This document shows, one piece after another, positions 51,700 to 64,000 of a stretch of 64,000 nucleotides of DNA. Origin of the DNA: Laetmonice hystrix (taxonomy: Eukaryota). Location of the stretch: contig OZ249436.1 in the NCBI GenBank assembly GCA_965235115.1, positions 36,952,001 through 37,016,000 of the forward strand. The letters are read 5' to 3'. Every line of letters begins with the position of its first letter. The stretch's first letter is position 1. Position numbers and translations under genes: made by a program. Under the pieces are notes generated by a model. That model worked only from the letters and a program-made list of their open reading frames with translations, did no database searches and was not told where the DNA came from.

Positions 51700-54260
51700 A
51701 CTTTGATGTGTAAACACGCCAGCAGGCGGCGCACGCATCACCGTGTCAATGGTTTTCGCGAAATTGCTGTATCCCTTGCGTTTAACGAGAACTGCGTCGC
51801 CATCGTCGTAATACAGTTTGGCTCTCTGAGGTTCTCTAAATATTACCCTTGATCCGCCAGGTGTAAACTTAATCGCCCCATGTGCAGCGTTCACACAGTG
51901 AATTATAATCTGCAATGTGTTGCCAGGGGCACCAGCTAAAACCATCTTGATAAGGCCACCAGCCCAGCATGTGAAGAAAATAAATGTGAACCACGTTATG
52001 TCACTATTCTGTCGGGATAAACCGGCTCAGGACTTATTAGTCCAGGAGCGTATTTCTGATATCAACAATGTGATCTCTGCTAATTATACGAGAGTAATTA
52101 TGCACAAAGGGATGGAATAAAAAAAGTAAAGGCTCGTCCTTTAATTGAAGATATCTAGGGGTATAGTTCGAGATTACACCTTGTTTCATACCGTAAGGTT
52201 TGTGAATATCTCTGGGATATACTTTCAGTTTCCACCACCTAAAAACCGGTCGCTTTGGTATGACATTGATGATTGCGGGGGCGCAAACCCCCACACACGC
52301 AGAACAAAACGTCCATGTTAATACCACGAATAAATAACTTCTTTCTCGCCATCATCTGTCATTTCTGAACAAGTCATGATATGAATCTGATCAAGTGTAA
52401 ATGTCTGGGAACCGGTGCAAAAGGTCATCCTTATAAATAACTAAAGTAAAAGTGATACTGCTTTGAAACAAAATATACAAAAAAGAGCACTTCGTTAAAA
52501 GGACCATGGAGAAGAGTCTTCTTATTCTATGGATTCCTACAATTTAAAAAGATTTCGTGAATTGCGCTCATCATACGAGACTGCCAATTATCAAAACAGC
52601 TCTGCCACAATTGTAAGAGTCTAGTGATGAAATAACAATGTCGACATTTGCTATGAAATTCACACTGCCAAATTCTATATTGGTCACAGAAGTAAAATTT
52701 CGACTCGGTAAATCTAGACGCGATTGTCATGTTCCTCACTTAAAATCTGACGACTTCTATTACATTTTTCATTGGTTGTTGCCAAAAAAGCGTACTGTTT
52801 TCCATCTCGAATTGCAGACTGGAGAGTAAAGCGAATAAATCCTAAATATAAAGACATTCTATACATGCTCCGAGATAATACGTCGCGAATTTATACAAAA
52901 ATTGGAGATCAGACAAAGAAGAGCATGCGAGAAGAGCGGTTTATTTATTTTTTGTTCCTCTCCGCGGCTGTTTGAGATCAGATCTGCTTTCAGATAAGAC
53001 ATCATTTCCACAAAGATTTACTGCTACATTCAGGTCAGAGATTATCTTATAATTTGTCTTCGAAACTACAAATAATAGGCCTACATTTCTCTTAGCTTTA
53101 ACGTTCTCAATTGAGCGATAATGCTGCTTTCCAAACCTGCCCGGTTTGTTCTTTGATAACAATAACAGGCCTACTCTGATTAAGACCCCACCAAAAGGTG
53201 TCCTAATTGAATGTTTCTGATGTTGCCCCACAATGTAATTGGTTATGTACTTCGCCTTGGCTGCATACTGCATGGCAATCAATTAGTATACTGAGACCGC
53301 GGCGAGGACGGGGCGGGGTGAAACTCAAGGTAATATTATAGGCCTACCTCAATGACGGATTCGTTGATGATGCAGCTCGGTCATAGGTTGCTCATACAAT
53401 TCGGTCAACGAGGAAATATTCTTGCATAATATCAGTGTCCATCTAAGACTCTCTCATTCGCTGACAATACCAAACTAATAACCAACCATTGGACAAAGTA
53501 TACCCTGCAATCCAGGATTGTCCGAGTGTCAGGAGTGGTGCTTTAATTTCTTGTAAAGCCTTTCGGTCAGATACAACGTTATTAATCGGTAGCGATTTTC
53601 ACTTTTTTTTTTCTCATTGGTATAAGAACCGGCCCTATCGATCCTTCATCTAATCTGAAAGCGGCGGAACTGGATTAAGAGATTCAGCAGTGCAGCGCTA
53701 TTTTACTTGCGTCTGTCCCGTGTAGGCGGTGCTATGTCGGACAGACTTGGTAAGCAATTGATCAGCATTCAGCCAACTATACAGCTACCATACTATATTC
53801 CCTTTGCGAAACGGATTCCACCTGAAAACAAGATACAAAGCCCACCTGACTCAAGTTCCCAACACAACGGTTTTGATGGAGGTAAGGCTCACATCACGCA
53901 CAGTTTTAGCTTAAACTAACAATTTATCCGTTTTTCTCACCTTTGTCGATAATCCAAATCAATGTAGACTTGAATTGAAGTTCTATAACAGATTTCACTA
54001 GAGTAAAACTGGTCTGTCCAAAGCTTCCATACTACCAGCAAGTCGTTCCTTGGCAAACTGAGCGTGCTTCCTGGGAATAGAAAACTCTTTGCCTAACGCG
54101 GATGGCCCCGATGGTAGTATCTGTGCACCCAGTTAATGATATAATTCCATGTTTTCTTGAGGGTGTCTCCAAAAGTGTAATCCAAACAGTCATCGCGTTC
54201 CCAAAACGTGAGCAATGGTCCTTAAAAACTTGCGCTTTTCGGCGTCACCGCAAGCATTGC
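51700..54260 (-). pseudogene. Possible decayed second class A GPCR in two pieces (TM1-3 at about 53950-54260; TM4-7 at about 51700-52330)
   Basis: With one frameshift the upstream piece reads IAHVL/GNAMTVWITLLETPS..IISLTGCTD..C..FGQTSFTL..IEL and ends at an AAG|GTGAGA donor. The downstream piece has W..C/S (TM4-like), FIFFTCW (TM6-like) and VNAAHGAIKF..FRE (TM7/H8-like). Stops and frameshifts present. Confidence 0.35.
52540..52900 (+). mobile_element. Possible LINE ORF2 C-terminal (CCHC-like) remnant
   Basis: KFRLG...SDDFYYIFHW..R and YCFPS resemble the KFRL.NH / DE.HY.F.C / Y..P pattern. Degraded. Confidence 0.35.
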
Positions 54261-55324
54261 TGGAGTTGTGAGAGCGCCTGTGCTTGTAGCGGTACATCGC
54301 AGGTGGCGAGTTGTGACGTACGTAGTGGTTGGATGGCGCGAAGCGACTGATTCCTTCGGCGCCCGCGACAGTACTAAAGCAAAGTCGAACTATGTGGGAT
54401 TGGTCAAGCACAGTGTGGCGCAGTGCTGCTGCTGCGGCTGCTGGGGCTGTTTGCGATGATGGTGGACTGGTGGTGATGCTGCTGCTGCTGCTCGTGTGGC
54501 TGACTGTAACCGATCTCCAACTTGTGATTGGATAAGCTCGATGCGAGCCTCTCGCCATGATACCTTCCTGAACAGCGGCGTTATCGTTGGCTTCATGGAA
54601 ACAAAAATCAGTGCAAGGTAGGCACTGCCTATGAGAGTCTCATGACTATGAGGGTCTCATGACGGCCACCACCGATGACAGTTGTAATCAATCCGATACC
54701 AGAGAGAAGAGATCATTGATTCTACACCAATGTTTGCACATGTCAGGGTCTGTGGAGGCCACCCGGCCCTGTTCTATATGTATTCACCCCCTGCCTCTCT
54801 ATCTCTATGAGTTTCTGTCCACCGTATGTCAATGAAAGCCATCCCACTAAACAATCAAGATGAATTAGGCGAATCCAGATCAGTAAAGCTACCCAAGCGA
54901 CCCATACCGCAAGAACTGATGCTGTTTCACTGAATCTTTAAGCACAGCAGACGCAGGGTGGCATTGATACAGAAGGGGGAAGGAATCGGTCTGGAAAACA
55001 ATACTTATCAAAACAAAACATGCTTGTGAGATGTTCGGCTGTGATCGACGTTAATATGCTGATACGACGCTAATAGACACGTGACGTGGTATTTAATGGA
55101 ATGAGAAGGTAATTTATCTAGCCGTCTAGACCTGTGACAGGTGATTCCTACATTTTCTTATATTTTTTACATTCTCTTTATTGCACAGCAAGCTAGAATT
55201 ACGAGTTGAGTATGTGATGGCGGGATCATACGCCCTGTCACCATCAGATTCTATTAGTCGGGTCTGTTTCATAGAAAACCGTCAGACCACTTGTACTTAT
55301 TCAGAATCAGTTTCCTTGGAATCG

Positions 55325-56195
55325 CCTTTTCTTTCCCGGTAACTTAGTTGTAATGTTGTTACCATAATCTCGGAGGTAGGTGTAGGAAGTGGGATCACCT
55401 TTTCTTTCCCGGTAAATTAGTTGTAACATCATGTTATCTCGGAGGCAGGTGTAGGAAGTGGGATCACCTTTTCTTTCCCGGTAAATTAGTTGTAACATCA
55501 TGTTACCATAATCTCGGAGGCAGGTGTAGGAAGTGGGATCACCTTTTCTTTCCCGGTAACTTAGTTGTAACATCATGTTATCATAATCTCGGAGGCAGGT
55601 GTAGGAAGTGGGATCACCTTTTCTTTCCCAGTAACTTAGTTGTAACATCATGTTATCATAATCTCGGAGGCAGGTGTAGGAAGTGGGATCACCTTTTCTT
55701 TCCCGGTAACTTAGTTGTAACATCATTACCATAATCTCAGAGGCAGGTGTAGGAAGTGGGATCACCTTTTCTTTCCCGGTAACTTAGTTGTAACATTATG
55801 TTACCATAATCTCGGAGGCAGGTGTAGGAAGTGGGATCACCTTTTCTTTCCCGGTAAATTAGTTGTAACATTATGTTACCATAATCTCGGAGGCAGGTGT
55901 AGGAAGTGGGATCACCTTTTCTTTCCCAGTAACTTAGTTGTAAGATCATGTTATCATAATCTCAGAGGCAGGTGTAGGAAGTGGGATCACCTTTTCTTTC
56001 CCGGTAAATTAGTTGTAACATCATGTTACCATAATCTCGGAGGCAGGTGTAGGAAGTGGGATCACCTTTTCTTTCCCGGTAACTTAGTTGTAACATCATG
56101 TAACCATAATCTCGGAGGCAGGTGTAGGAACTGGGATCACCTTTTCTTTCCCGGTAACTTAGTTACCATAATCTCGGAGGCAGGTGTAGGAAGTG
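55325..56195. repeat. 75-bp minisatellite, about 11-12 copies
   Basis: Unit ggtaacttagttgtaacatcatgttaccataatctcggaggcaggtgtaggaagtgggatcaccttttctttccc; period measured 55555 to 55630. Confidence 0.95.
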
Positions 56196-57129
56196 TTGTG
56201 GCAAGTTGGTTGATCCGGCTGGCACAATGGTTAAGGTATCCGGCAAATAGGAGACACGTCTGTCTGACCGCGCCCTTTGACCAATAAAACCACAAGCCGC
56301 TTGGCGGAGACAGGTGGCTTCGGTGCCTTTGTCTGATCATGCGCCATCGCAAAAAATAGCTGCATGGGAACATCAATCCGGTCTAACCTACTATGTTACA
56401 CCGGATTGTAAGTCTGAACATGACACTATTCATGTTCTAGAAGATTCGACACCAGGCATCACATAAGGGTGGCCAGCTAGAATCCAAACTACGATGCCAC
56501 CAGGGATAGTTTTTTCCCGTCGTTGTTTGGCGCATTAACAGAAAACGCGGAGGTAAATAAGGGCCGTGTATATTACTGATATATTTGATTTATTTTGCAT
56601 TTCATGCCTTTCATCTACGCAGTATAGCGCCGAGTCGGGGCGGGAAAGGCAACTACCCCAGGGCACAAACCTAGTATGGGTCCATGCTTTTACTCCTAAT
56701 TTGCATAATGTTATGGATGGTCATGGGGTGGTACCCTGCACTAAGTATCGCCTAAGGGTCCATTCGGATTCCATCCGACCCTCCATACAACTAAGGGACA
56801 ACCATGGCTTGGACCTGAGGTCGAATACTGCTAGGAGAAAACTGTTAATGTAAGGACACCATGCATGGCCCTTACTACTATGGACTAATGAAAGCATACA
56901 TATTCAAGAATCTCCCATCGTGCGGTATCAACAATCGCGTATACATCACCGATGGGCTCGAATCATGGACTATCATGTGTTCGATTCACTATAGAAACTA
57001 TAGAAACTATAGAAACAAGCGCAATTTTCCTGTCAGAAGACGTTCTAGTATCTGACCCCGGGGGGCGGGGTCATAAAAAAATCGTCATTTGCGATAGAAT
57101 ATTAACATTTTTTTGAACATTTACGAGAA

Positions 57130-59120
57130 AATATCCGAAGCATCGTGGAGATGCGTCCCAAGGGCCATCGTAAACATGCCCCCTGCTTCCTCTAAAGGAA
57201 TTAAAATATTATAGTCGAGATTTATTATATATATTACTTGCATGGGAGTTCGGAGGCACACCACTGCCATTGATTTTATACATGAACTCTCTGAAGTCCC
57301 GTTACACATATGCCAAGCCCCCTAAGACTTGACTACTATTGATGCTCACCGGGTCATCGAATACTTTAGATGCATCTACAAAACTCAAATATACATTTCC
57401 AACAAATTTAGCGTAGGATGTCCCTGATAGAAGAGATCTTGCAAATGTTGTACTTGCTCCAGCAATTCCGCTTATTCATCAACAACCTGTACACAGTGTT
57501 TTTATCATACATTTCATATCAGGCCCCCCACCGGTAACCGTTGATAGTTTGTTTAATTTCTACCGAAATATGATTTAAACGATCGGTAAATACCAGCACA
57601 CCGGCCTCACGAGACAGCCGCAACCATTTGGAGAGGAGATTAAAATGTTCACACGTTGCTCCTGATCCATTGCAAGGCCCTCAACCTATTCGTCCATCAA
57701 AAACTTGCCTGGAAATCTCCGTAGTAAATCAAACAGTTGACTACTGCATTGCTACCGGACGTTTTAGTACTCTACATCAGTTACACCTTGAAAGGGCAAT
57801 GCTCATATCATTAATACTTTCCTGCTTCTATATCGACCTGAGTATCGTAATTAAGGTCCAAGAGGCAATTAGAGGGGTAAGGGTAATGCGCCTATAGCTA
57901 GCCACCAAGCTTAATCGGAGTACATTTGGCTAAGCCGTCCAGATCGGCTTTGGCATGAGAACTCATCCATCAGGTTCGTCCTCCCCCTTGTGTATGTATC
58001 CCTGTATGAACTGCCATGATGACCAAGACATCGGATGGCCAGCTAATGAGGTGGACCTGTTTACAGTCCGACAAGCCGAGAAGACAAGCAGAAATTGGCA
58101 TGTGAACATTCTCCATCATTACCAAGGATTAATTGGATGTAACTGTTAGAAGTTCGCCAGTGGGCGGAATGTGTAGAAATATGCGCGGCGGCATAAAGGA
58201 CCCAGATTGCACCACCTATGATTTATTACACCCGGCTATCGATAATGGCGGAAGTAAAAACTGATCCAGTTTTGAATATGCAGCAACCGCAAGAAACGAC
58301 CCCCGCCCCCGAACCACCCGTGCCAGTGTCTGGATTGGAGCAGTGACTGAGACATTATGTCGGCATTTTCTATATCATGATCCGACGTGTACGAAACACT
58401 GTCATGATAGAGAAGAGGTAAGGTGGATAGAAGCACTATTAAATTCCTATTTAAATGGTAATGACTCCCCTACTGCAACCTTGAAATCTCCAGGGATCAC
58501 ATTCACTTGTAATGGCGAGGGTCAGAACGGGCTGCGTTGACCATACACAAACTACCGATTTTACCTTATCTTGGCTTCAGCAATGTGGGATTCACCATGA
58601 ACACATAATATGTAATGGTAATTGTCATGAACTGATGTTTCATATATGCAGTGGCATTCAAACACATTGATTTAGCCAGGTTGTGTTGGCTTGATCAATC
58701 GGTATTTCACTGCACATCGGCCACTTCTCTGCGAGGAAAAAGTGTACTTGGAATATGTGGCGGCTCAAGAAAGCAATGAGGCCGGACGTGCCTCTTTGTA
58801 CGGCTGGTGATTCATGGCACAAGGGTAATGGTGGGAGGGCCTAGGTCGTGAGGTTACGTCGGGCGGATCGATCGCAAACCTCCGACTTTAACCAGACTTC
58901 GGGAGGGTAGCGGTAAGAGCCGGGCAAGTCGACTGCTGAACGTAGTCGAGCGAGGAGCTGACAGTAGTCGATATGGGAAAAGTGACGGAAAACACGGACA
59001 ACTCTTGATTAGAACTTAGGGGCAGAGCGGACGCTGACAGGAGACATATACGTTCGGTTGCTGCTGAGAGGAGGCAACCGACGGGGCGTATGTATTTGAA
59101 ACATGGCGTTTTGGCGCGGT
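57130..59120 (-). mobile_element. Heavily decayed non-LTR retrotransposon (LINE, CR1/L2-like), with APE and RT remnants and a GC-rich 5' region
   Basis: In 5'-3' order on the minus strand: ILCV..E-like (about 58600), VIPGDFK (about 58490, GDFN-like), GPCNGSGATCEHF (about 57660, GK.PG.DG..EH-like), NVYLSFVDASKVFD (about 57380, RT F.D.SKAFD motif). Confidence 0.55.
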
Positions 59121-59281
59121 CGATACTGGTTGTTGGTTTCAGATCCATCGTGGGAGACATAGCTTTGCACCCCCAGTACTCCACAACTGGGTTGTCAGGT
59201 TTAACCACAGTTCCTCTGTTACTTACGTGAAGGATTATTTTTATTTCTAGGTAAGAGCGTTGATCTGCTAGCTCTCTGTCA

Positions 59282-59748
59282 CCATGTGCCACCGTCATAA
59301 AGACATGCCACATAGACTATCATAAATACATGCACCACCATGTGCCACATGTACCGGCGTCATAAATATATGCACCACCATGTGCCACATGTACTACGGT
59401 CATAAAGACATGCACCACCATGTGCCACATGTACCACCGTCATAAAGACATGCACCACCATGTACCACCGTCATAAAGACATGCACCACCATGTGCCACA
59501 TGTACCACCGTCATAAAGACATGCACCACCATGTGCCACATGTACCACCGTCATAAAGACATGCACCACCATGTGCCACTACGGTCATAAAGACATGCAC
59601 CACCATGTGCCACATGTACTACGGTCATAAAGACATGCACCACCATGTACCACATGTACCACCATCATAAAGACATGCACCACCATGTGCCACATGTACT
59701 ACCGTCATAAAGACATGCACCACCATGTGCCACATGTACTACCGTCAT
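59282..59748. repeat. 40-bp minisatellite with shorter variant units
   Basis: Unit cataaagacatgcaccaccatgtgccacatgtaccaccgt, about 12 copies. Confidence 0.95.
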
Positions 59749-60589
59749 GAAGAGACGAGGATTATTTCTGGAAGCTTATTTCAGCGAGCACCATTTAAGA
59801 GGCATCCAACCGTTTTGAATCTCTCATTTGGATAATTTGTGGATTATCAACCCTCCTCCTGGCTCATATTTCAGTAGAATAGGATTTAACATATCTATTA
59901 CCTGCAATTTCCGCTCACATGTAAAATAACACTATCACCGCAGAAGGGGGTCTCGAAGTGGTCGATGTCGACGCCTAGGGGGAATGGCAGAGCGTCCAAT
60001 AAGGGTCTGAGGGTCGATGGTTAGAAAGGGTATAGGCTTGTAATAGATAGGTGTATCCTATAGACATAGATCTATAACGCCCAACAAACCTGAAGTATGC
60101 CTCCCTTGCTTTTTCGCTTTCTTAGGGCGCTACATACTTGGATATGTCACAATGGGTGGTATCTCCGGGGACTTAATTTTTCAGTATTTTTCCTATTTTT
60201 TAATGAGATTTACAAGATGGTTTTTATGAATGCTGATTTCATTTCTCCCTCATGGTCAGTCATAATAGTATAGTCAACGTGTGCGAGGAATGAGGCGATT
60301 GTATCCAAATAAGGTCTCGCCTTATAGTAATCCTTTGGCATCATGTTTTTCCATGATATAGCTTACTTTTGCAAAGAACTGACCTTTAAAATATTTACCA
60401 ATGTCTAATATATTTCGAGAACCACTGATCTACAGTCCTAGAAGTCAAAGAGCGGATTCTGAATATTTAGAAACAAAATGGAGAGACTCAAGGGAGAATG
60501 GCCGATAAAGGGGGATGCCAATAGGATCTATTAAAAAAAAAAATAAATATAAAAAATATATGACGAAAATAAAAAAAAGTATGACTACA

Positions 60590-60960
60590 GTCTAGACATG
60601 CCACCTCCATCCTCCATCGCAGTCTCGATTTGTTCCTGTGCATGGTTGATATATAGCCAACAAAGTATCCGTCGCTTATTGTGTGCTCTCTCTATACGAA
60701 GCTCTGGCTTCCTCGACCACTTCATTTGTATGCCTTCTCAGGACGTCCAGGCTCCTCACGTTTCTATCAGCTCCCTGGTGAATGTCGCGCCACATAATGT
60801 CATGTCGAATAATGACTCCATCACCCCGACCACAACCATTCGTTTAGCTTCAGATCAGGTCAATTGTGAAGCAGTCAACCTCGAAGTGGCAGTTAGGGGG
60901 GTGCGGGTGGGGGTTGAGGGTGGTTTTTTTACCCAAGCTCAACTCGGCCATCACCTTTTC
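60590..60960 (-). mobile_element. LINE apurinic-endonuclease (APE) fragment
   Basis: Minus frame TNGCGRGDGVIIRHDI ... TLLAIYQP matches the APE R..GRGGGV.I.IR and L..IY.P motifs. Internal stops. Confidence 0.55.
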
Positions 60961-61345
60961 CCCTACAATCCCCTCCATTTGCCGACGACCTGGGTTGTCG
61001 TCTGTCCAAACAGTTTATTGGAAAGGTTCCTGATCCGCCTTTTATTAGTTCCATATTTTAGCTTTGAAAATAACCTTTGTTTCCGACAGGGTGTAAAACG
61101 ACAAACGCTCACTCACTGTCGAATTCATTGCATTAAAACTAGTTTTCTTGTCAACAACAGCAGTTATTCGTCTCAAAGACACGTCCGACTTACCCGAGCA
61201 GCTACTGTAGGAGGAAGCAACACTGCGCTATAGTCAGTGCATTCGATGAACCCGAGGAAAGAAAATAAAACACAGATTGATTCAAGACGGCCGAAGTCAA
61301 TATTCGAACGGAAAGTATGTTTTACAATCGGAACAAAAACATTGA

Positions 61346-61550
61346 CTGACCAATACCCATGTTTTCAGCACTTCGTGCCCTGACCAATACCCATGTTTTC
61401 AGCACCTCATGCCCTGACCAATACCCATGTTTTCAGCACTTCATGCCCTGACCAATACCCATGTTTACAGCACTTCATGCCCTGACCAATACCCATGTTT
61501 TCAGCACTTCATGCCCTGACCAATACCCATGTTTTCAGCTCTTCATGCCC
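61346..61550. repeat. 34-bp minisatellite, 6 copies
   Basis: Unit ctgaccaatacccatgttttcagcacttcatgcc. Confidence 0.95.
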
Positions 61551-63471
61551 TAATAAGAGCATCAAGAGCGCACCAAGACCGACTTGAAATCTCTATTACA
61601 GCCATTTCATTGCGTCCTCTTTTCTCCTAGCCTTGGCATTGATGGATGAATCACACCCTTCCTTATTCACGGGACGAAGAATCTAATCCGTCATCCTGAC
61701 GCCCAGCAACACCTCACCCTATGTCACGGTCTGACTTTAGCCTACCACCTCAAAGAAGTACTTGCCAGTGATAAATGGCTTTCATCGGGAAGCTCAGACC
61801 ACCCCGCACACAAAGATTCGAGTGCCTTTCCAAGGTTAATTACCTTGGGGGGGATTGATTAATGAATCCCCCCATCTTATCACCCTCTTTTTCTTAGGCT
61901 GTTCAAAGGCCAAAACAATATGTTGGAGTTCTAATACATCCCCACCTGTCAGTGTTTATTGTATTGTAATAAGTAAGTCGTAGTCTAACAATACATTGAT
62001 CTGAGGGCATGCATCTTTCGACCGACTTCGATAATCCTGCCTGAACAGAGACTAACTGGTTCGATATATTACATCATACAGCTTATTGTTACGTAGCAGT
62101 GCCGACCGCCAAATTGGCTCATATTTGTGGGTTTCCGGTTGTTGCGCATCGTGTGGAAAAGGCGAGGTTAGAATTTGCCAACGGCCTCGTATGTAAATGA
62201 ACGATTCGACTGCATGATTTGACCAAGATTTTCCAGGCGACCCAGTGGTTGTCGGGGAGGGGGGGGGGGATAACATAACAACCTATTTGATACATAAGTC
62301 ATTCCGTTCGATGTCCCATATATTTCGAAGAAGACTTAGTTCAAGGGCACTGTCAAGGTCAAACTACACTTCTCCTAATGAACGCAAGACCATCTCAAAG
62401 AGTCAGCCACTAATCGTATTACTGTGTGAAAGGACCACCTTGCTGCAATCAGACCATTCAAGTGTAGACCACACTGTCGTGTTTCCAACCATTTAGTGAG
62501 GAGGACAAAGGCCACAACGCCACACAGTCATAGCAAGGTATAAAGCGAGTTAGTGGGGACCCACAATGGTATTGAGATAGAATACTGTATACATACAGAG
62601 GGCTGATCAACAGAATGCTAGTTTTGTTCACTACTGCCCACGACCTTCTCCAAAAATATTATTGAAAATTGTATGCGGTCAATAGCTTTCCGTTTTGAAT
62701 AAATAATAGCGTTCCTGACGCATTAAATATTACACTTGACACTCTGTGTTGGAAAAGAGAACAACTATATTTCAAATAGATATTACTTTGAGTATGCTGG
62801 CAATAACAGAAAGTCTAAACAACAGTTTGTTTTTTGTTTATGTGAGGGGCAAACATTAAAAAAGAGTGCGCTCATTAGTATAACGTTTCCGTGGTTAAAT
62901 TTCATCATCAATAACTAACATAAAACAGTATTGGGCTTACTGTTGGATTCCTAATGAAAGCGGAATTTGTAAATGGCTGGAGGGTTGTTTTCATTAAAGT
63001 ATTCCTTCCTTGCTCAAGGATATTTAATCTGTGAAGATAAGAAATGGTATGTGTCTTTCGATTCGGAATTACTTGAAGCCTTGAATCTGATTCGAAGGTG
63101 TGCATCAATGACGTTGGGTTCCGCTTCAGTAGAGCCTGAGGTTGGGCTCTGGACCCATCTGTCTTCGTGCAGAAAGTTTATCCTTTACATTTGTCATTAA
63201 GCTAATCATTTACACCTCAATAAATCAATTCGAAGTCAATAGAGCCGGTAGCGTTGCAGGGGTGAAGGCATAATGCTATTACCCATATTGAAATAGGATT
63301 AAGACTAACTGCCAGGAAGAAAGTGATAGTTCTAGTTGCATATGACAAGGAATAAGCAGCGGCCAAATCATACGTTTGCCACATCGATTTCATTTTGATT
63401 AATTATAACCGCAGGGAATGTTGCGGAGGGGAAATCAATCTAAAAGCAAATAAAGACTTTCATGGTGTCAA

Positions 63472-63614
63472 NNNNNNNNNNNNNNNNNNNNNNNNNNNNN
63501 NNNNNNNNNNNNNNNNNNNNNNNNNNNNNNNNNNNNNNNNNNNNNNNNNNNNNNNNNNNNNNNNNNNNNNNNNNNNNNNNNNNNNNNNNNNNNNNNNNNN
63601 NNNNNNNNNNNNNN
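63472..63614. other. Assembly gap (143 N)
   Basis: N run. Confidence 1.
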
Positions 63615-64000
63615 CTCTCTCTCCAGCAAACGTCGAGGAACTCTGCGCAAATTTATGACCTGGGAATTACATGTAGAGATCACGATGGATTGCTCGCCAT
63701 CAATTATTAGTATCTGACTTGAGTCTGTATGACAAGCGGTTACCAGTGACCGCCAAGGCTCGGGCCGACTGCCTTGCCTTCCCGACGTAATAATGGTTGT
63801 GTCTAATCAGTTGTGTGGAAATATTGAAACTCCAACGTTGGTCGTTTGGGCAGTGGCAGATCCAGAGGGTGGAGGATTACGGTGATTACAGTTGCAACCC
63901 CCTTACGAAGTATTTTTTTCTGCTGGAAAGGTTCAACCCCCCCCCACCACCACCAGCACCCCATGGTACCCCCCCCCCCCTTGGCGCATACCTGGATTCC

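Noticed and set aside
60598-61233. 211-aa plus-strand ORF
   Set aside because: No recognisable domain; the opposite strand carries APE endonuclease motifs, so this is an antisense shadow.
55325-61550. Regular repeats at 55.3, 59.3 and 61.3 kb as possible CRISPR arrays
   Set aside because: Units are head-to-tail with no unique spacers, there are no cas genes, and the context is eukaryotic.

Overview
This 64 kb window is eukaryotic, animal-type genomic DNA, most likely from a lophotrochozoan invertebrate. That assignment is inferred from the FMRFamide-receptor-like GPCR and the SINE/MITE repertoire, not proven. It is a scaffolded assembly with three N gaps. Only one intact protein-coding gene is well supported: an intronless class A 7TM receptor on the minus strand (34863-35975). 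The rest is a mosaic of transposon debris: several MITEs with verifiable terminal inverted repeats (many PIF/Harbinger-like), tRNA-type SINE fragments, decayed LINE endonuclease/RT pieces, minisatellites and microsatellites. Manual frame-walking suggests three decayed coding relics not evident in the ORF track: a possibly intron-containing tyrosine-recombinase (Crypton-like) relic at about 30.4-31.6 kb, a Harbinger-type transposase relic at about 28.2-28.6 kb, and a second, pseudogenised class A GPCR at about 51.7-54.3 kb. These rest on motif recognition by eye and need profile searches. No rRNA, bona fide tRNA or CRISPR array is supported. I found no clearly novel intact system; the best leads are the Crypton-like relic, the NRY-motif receptor, a MITE carrying p53-type sites and a near-perfect hairpin upstream of the receptor.
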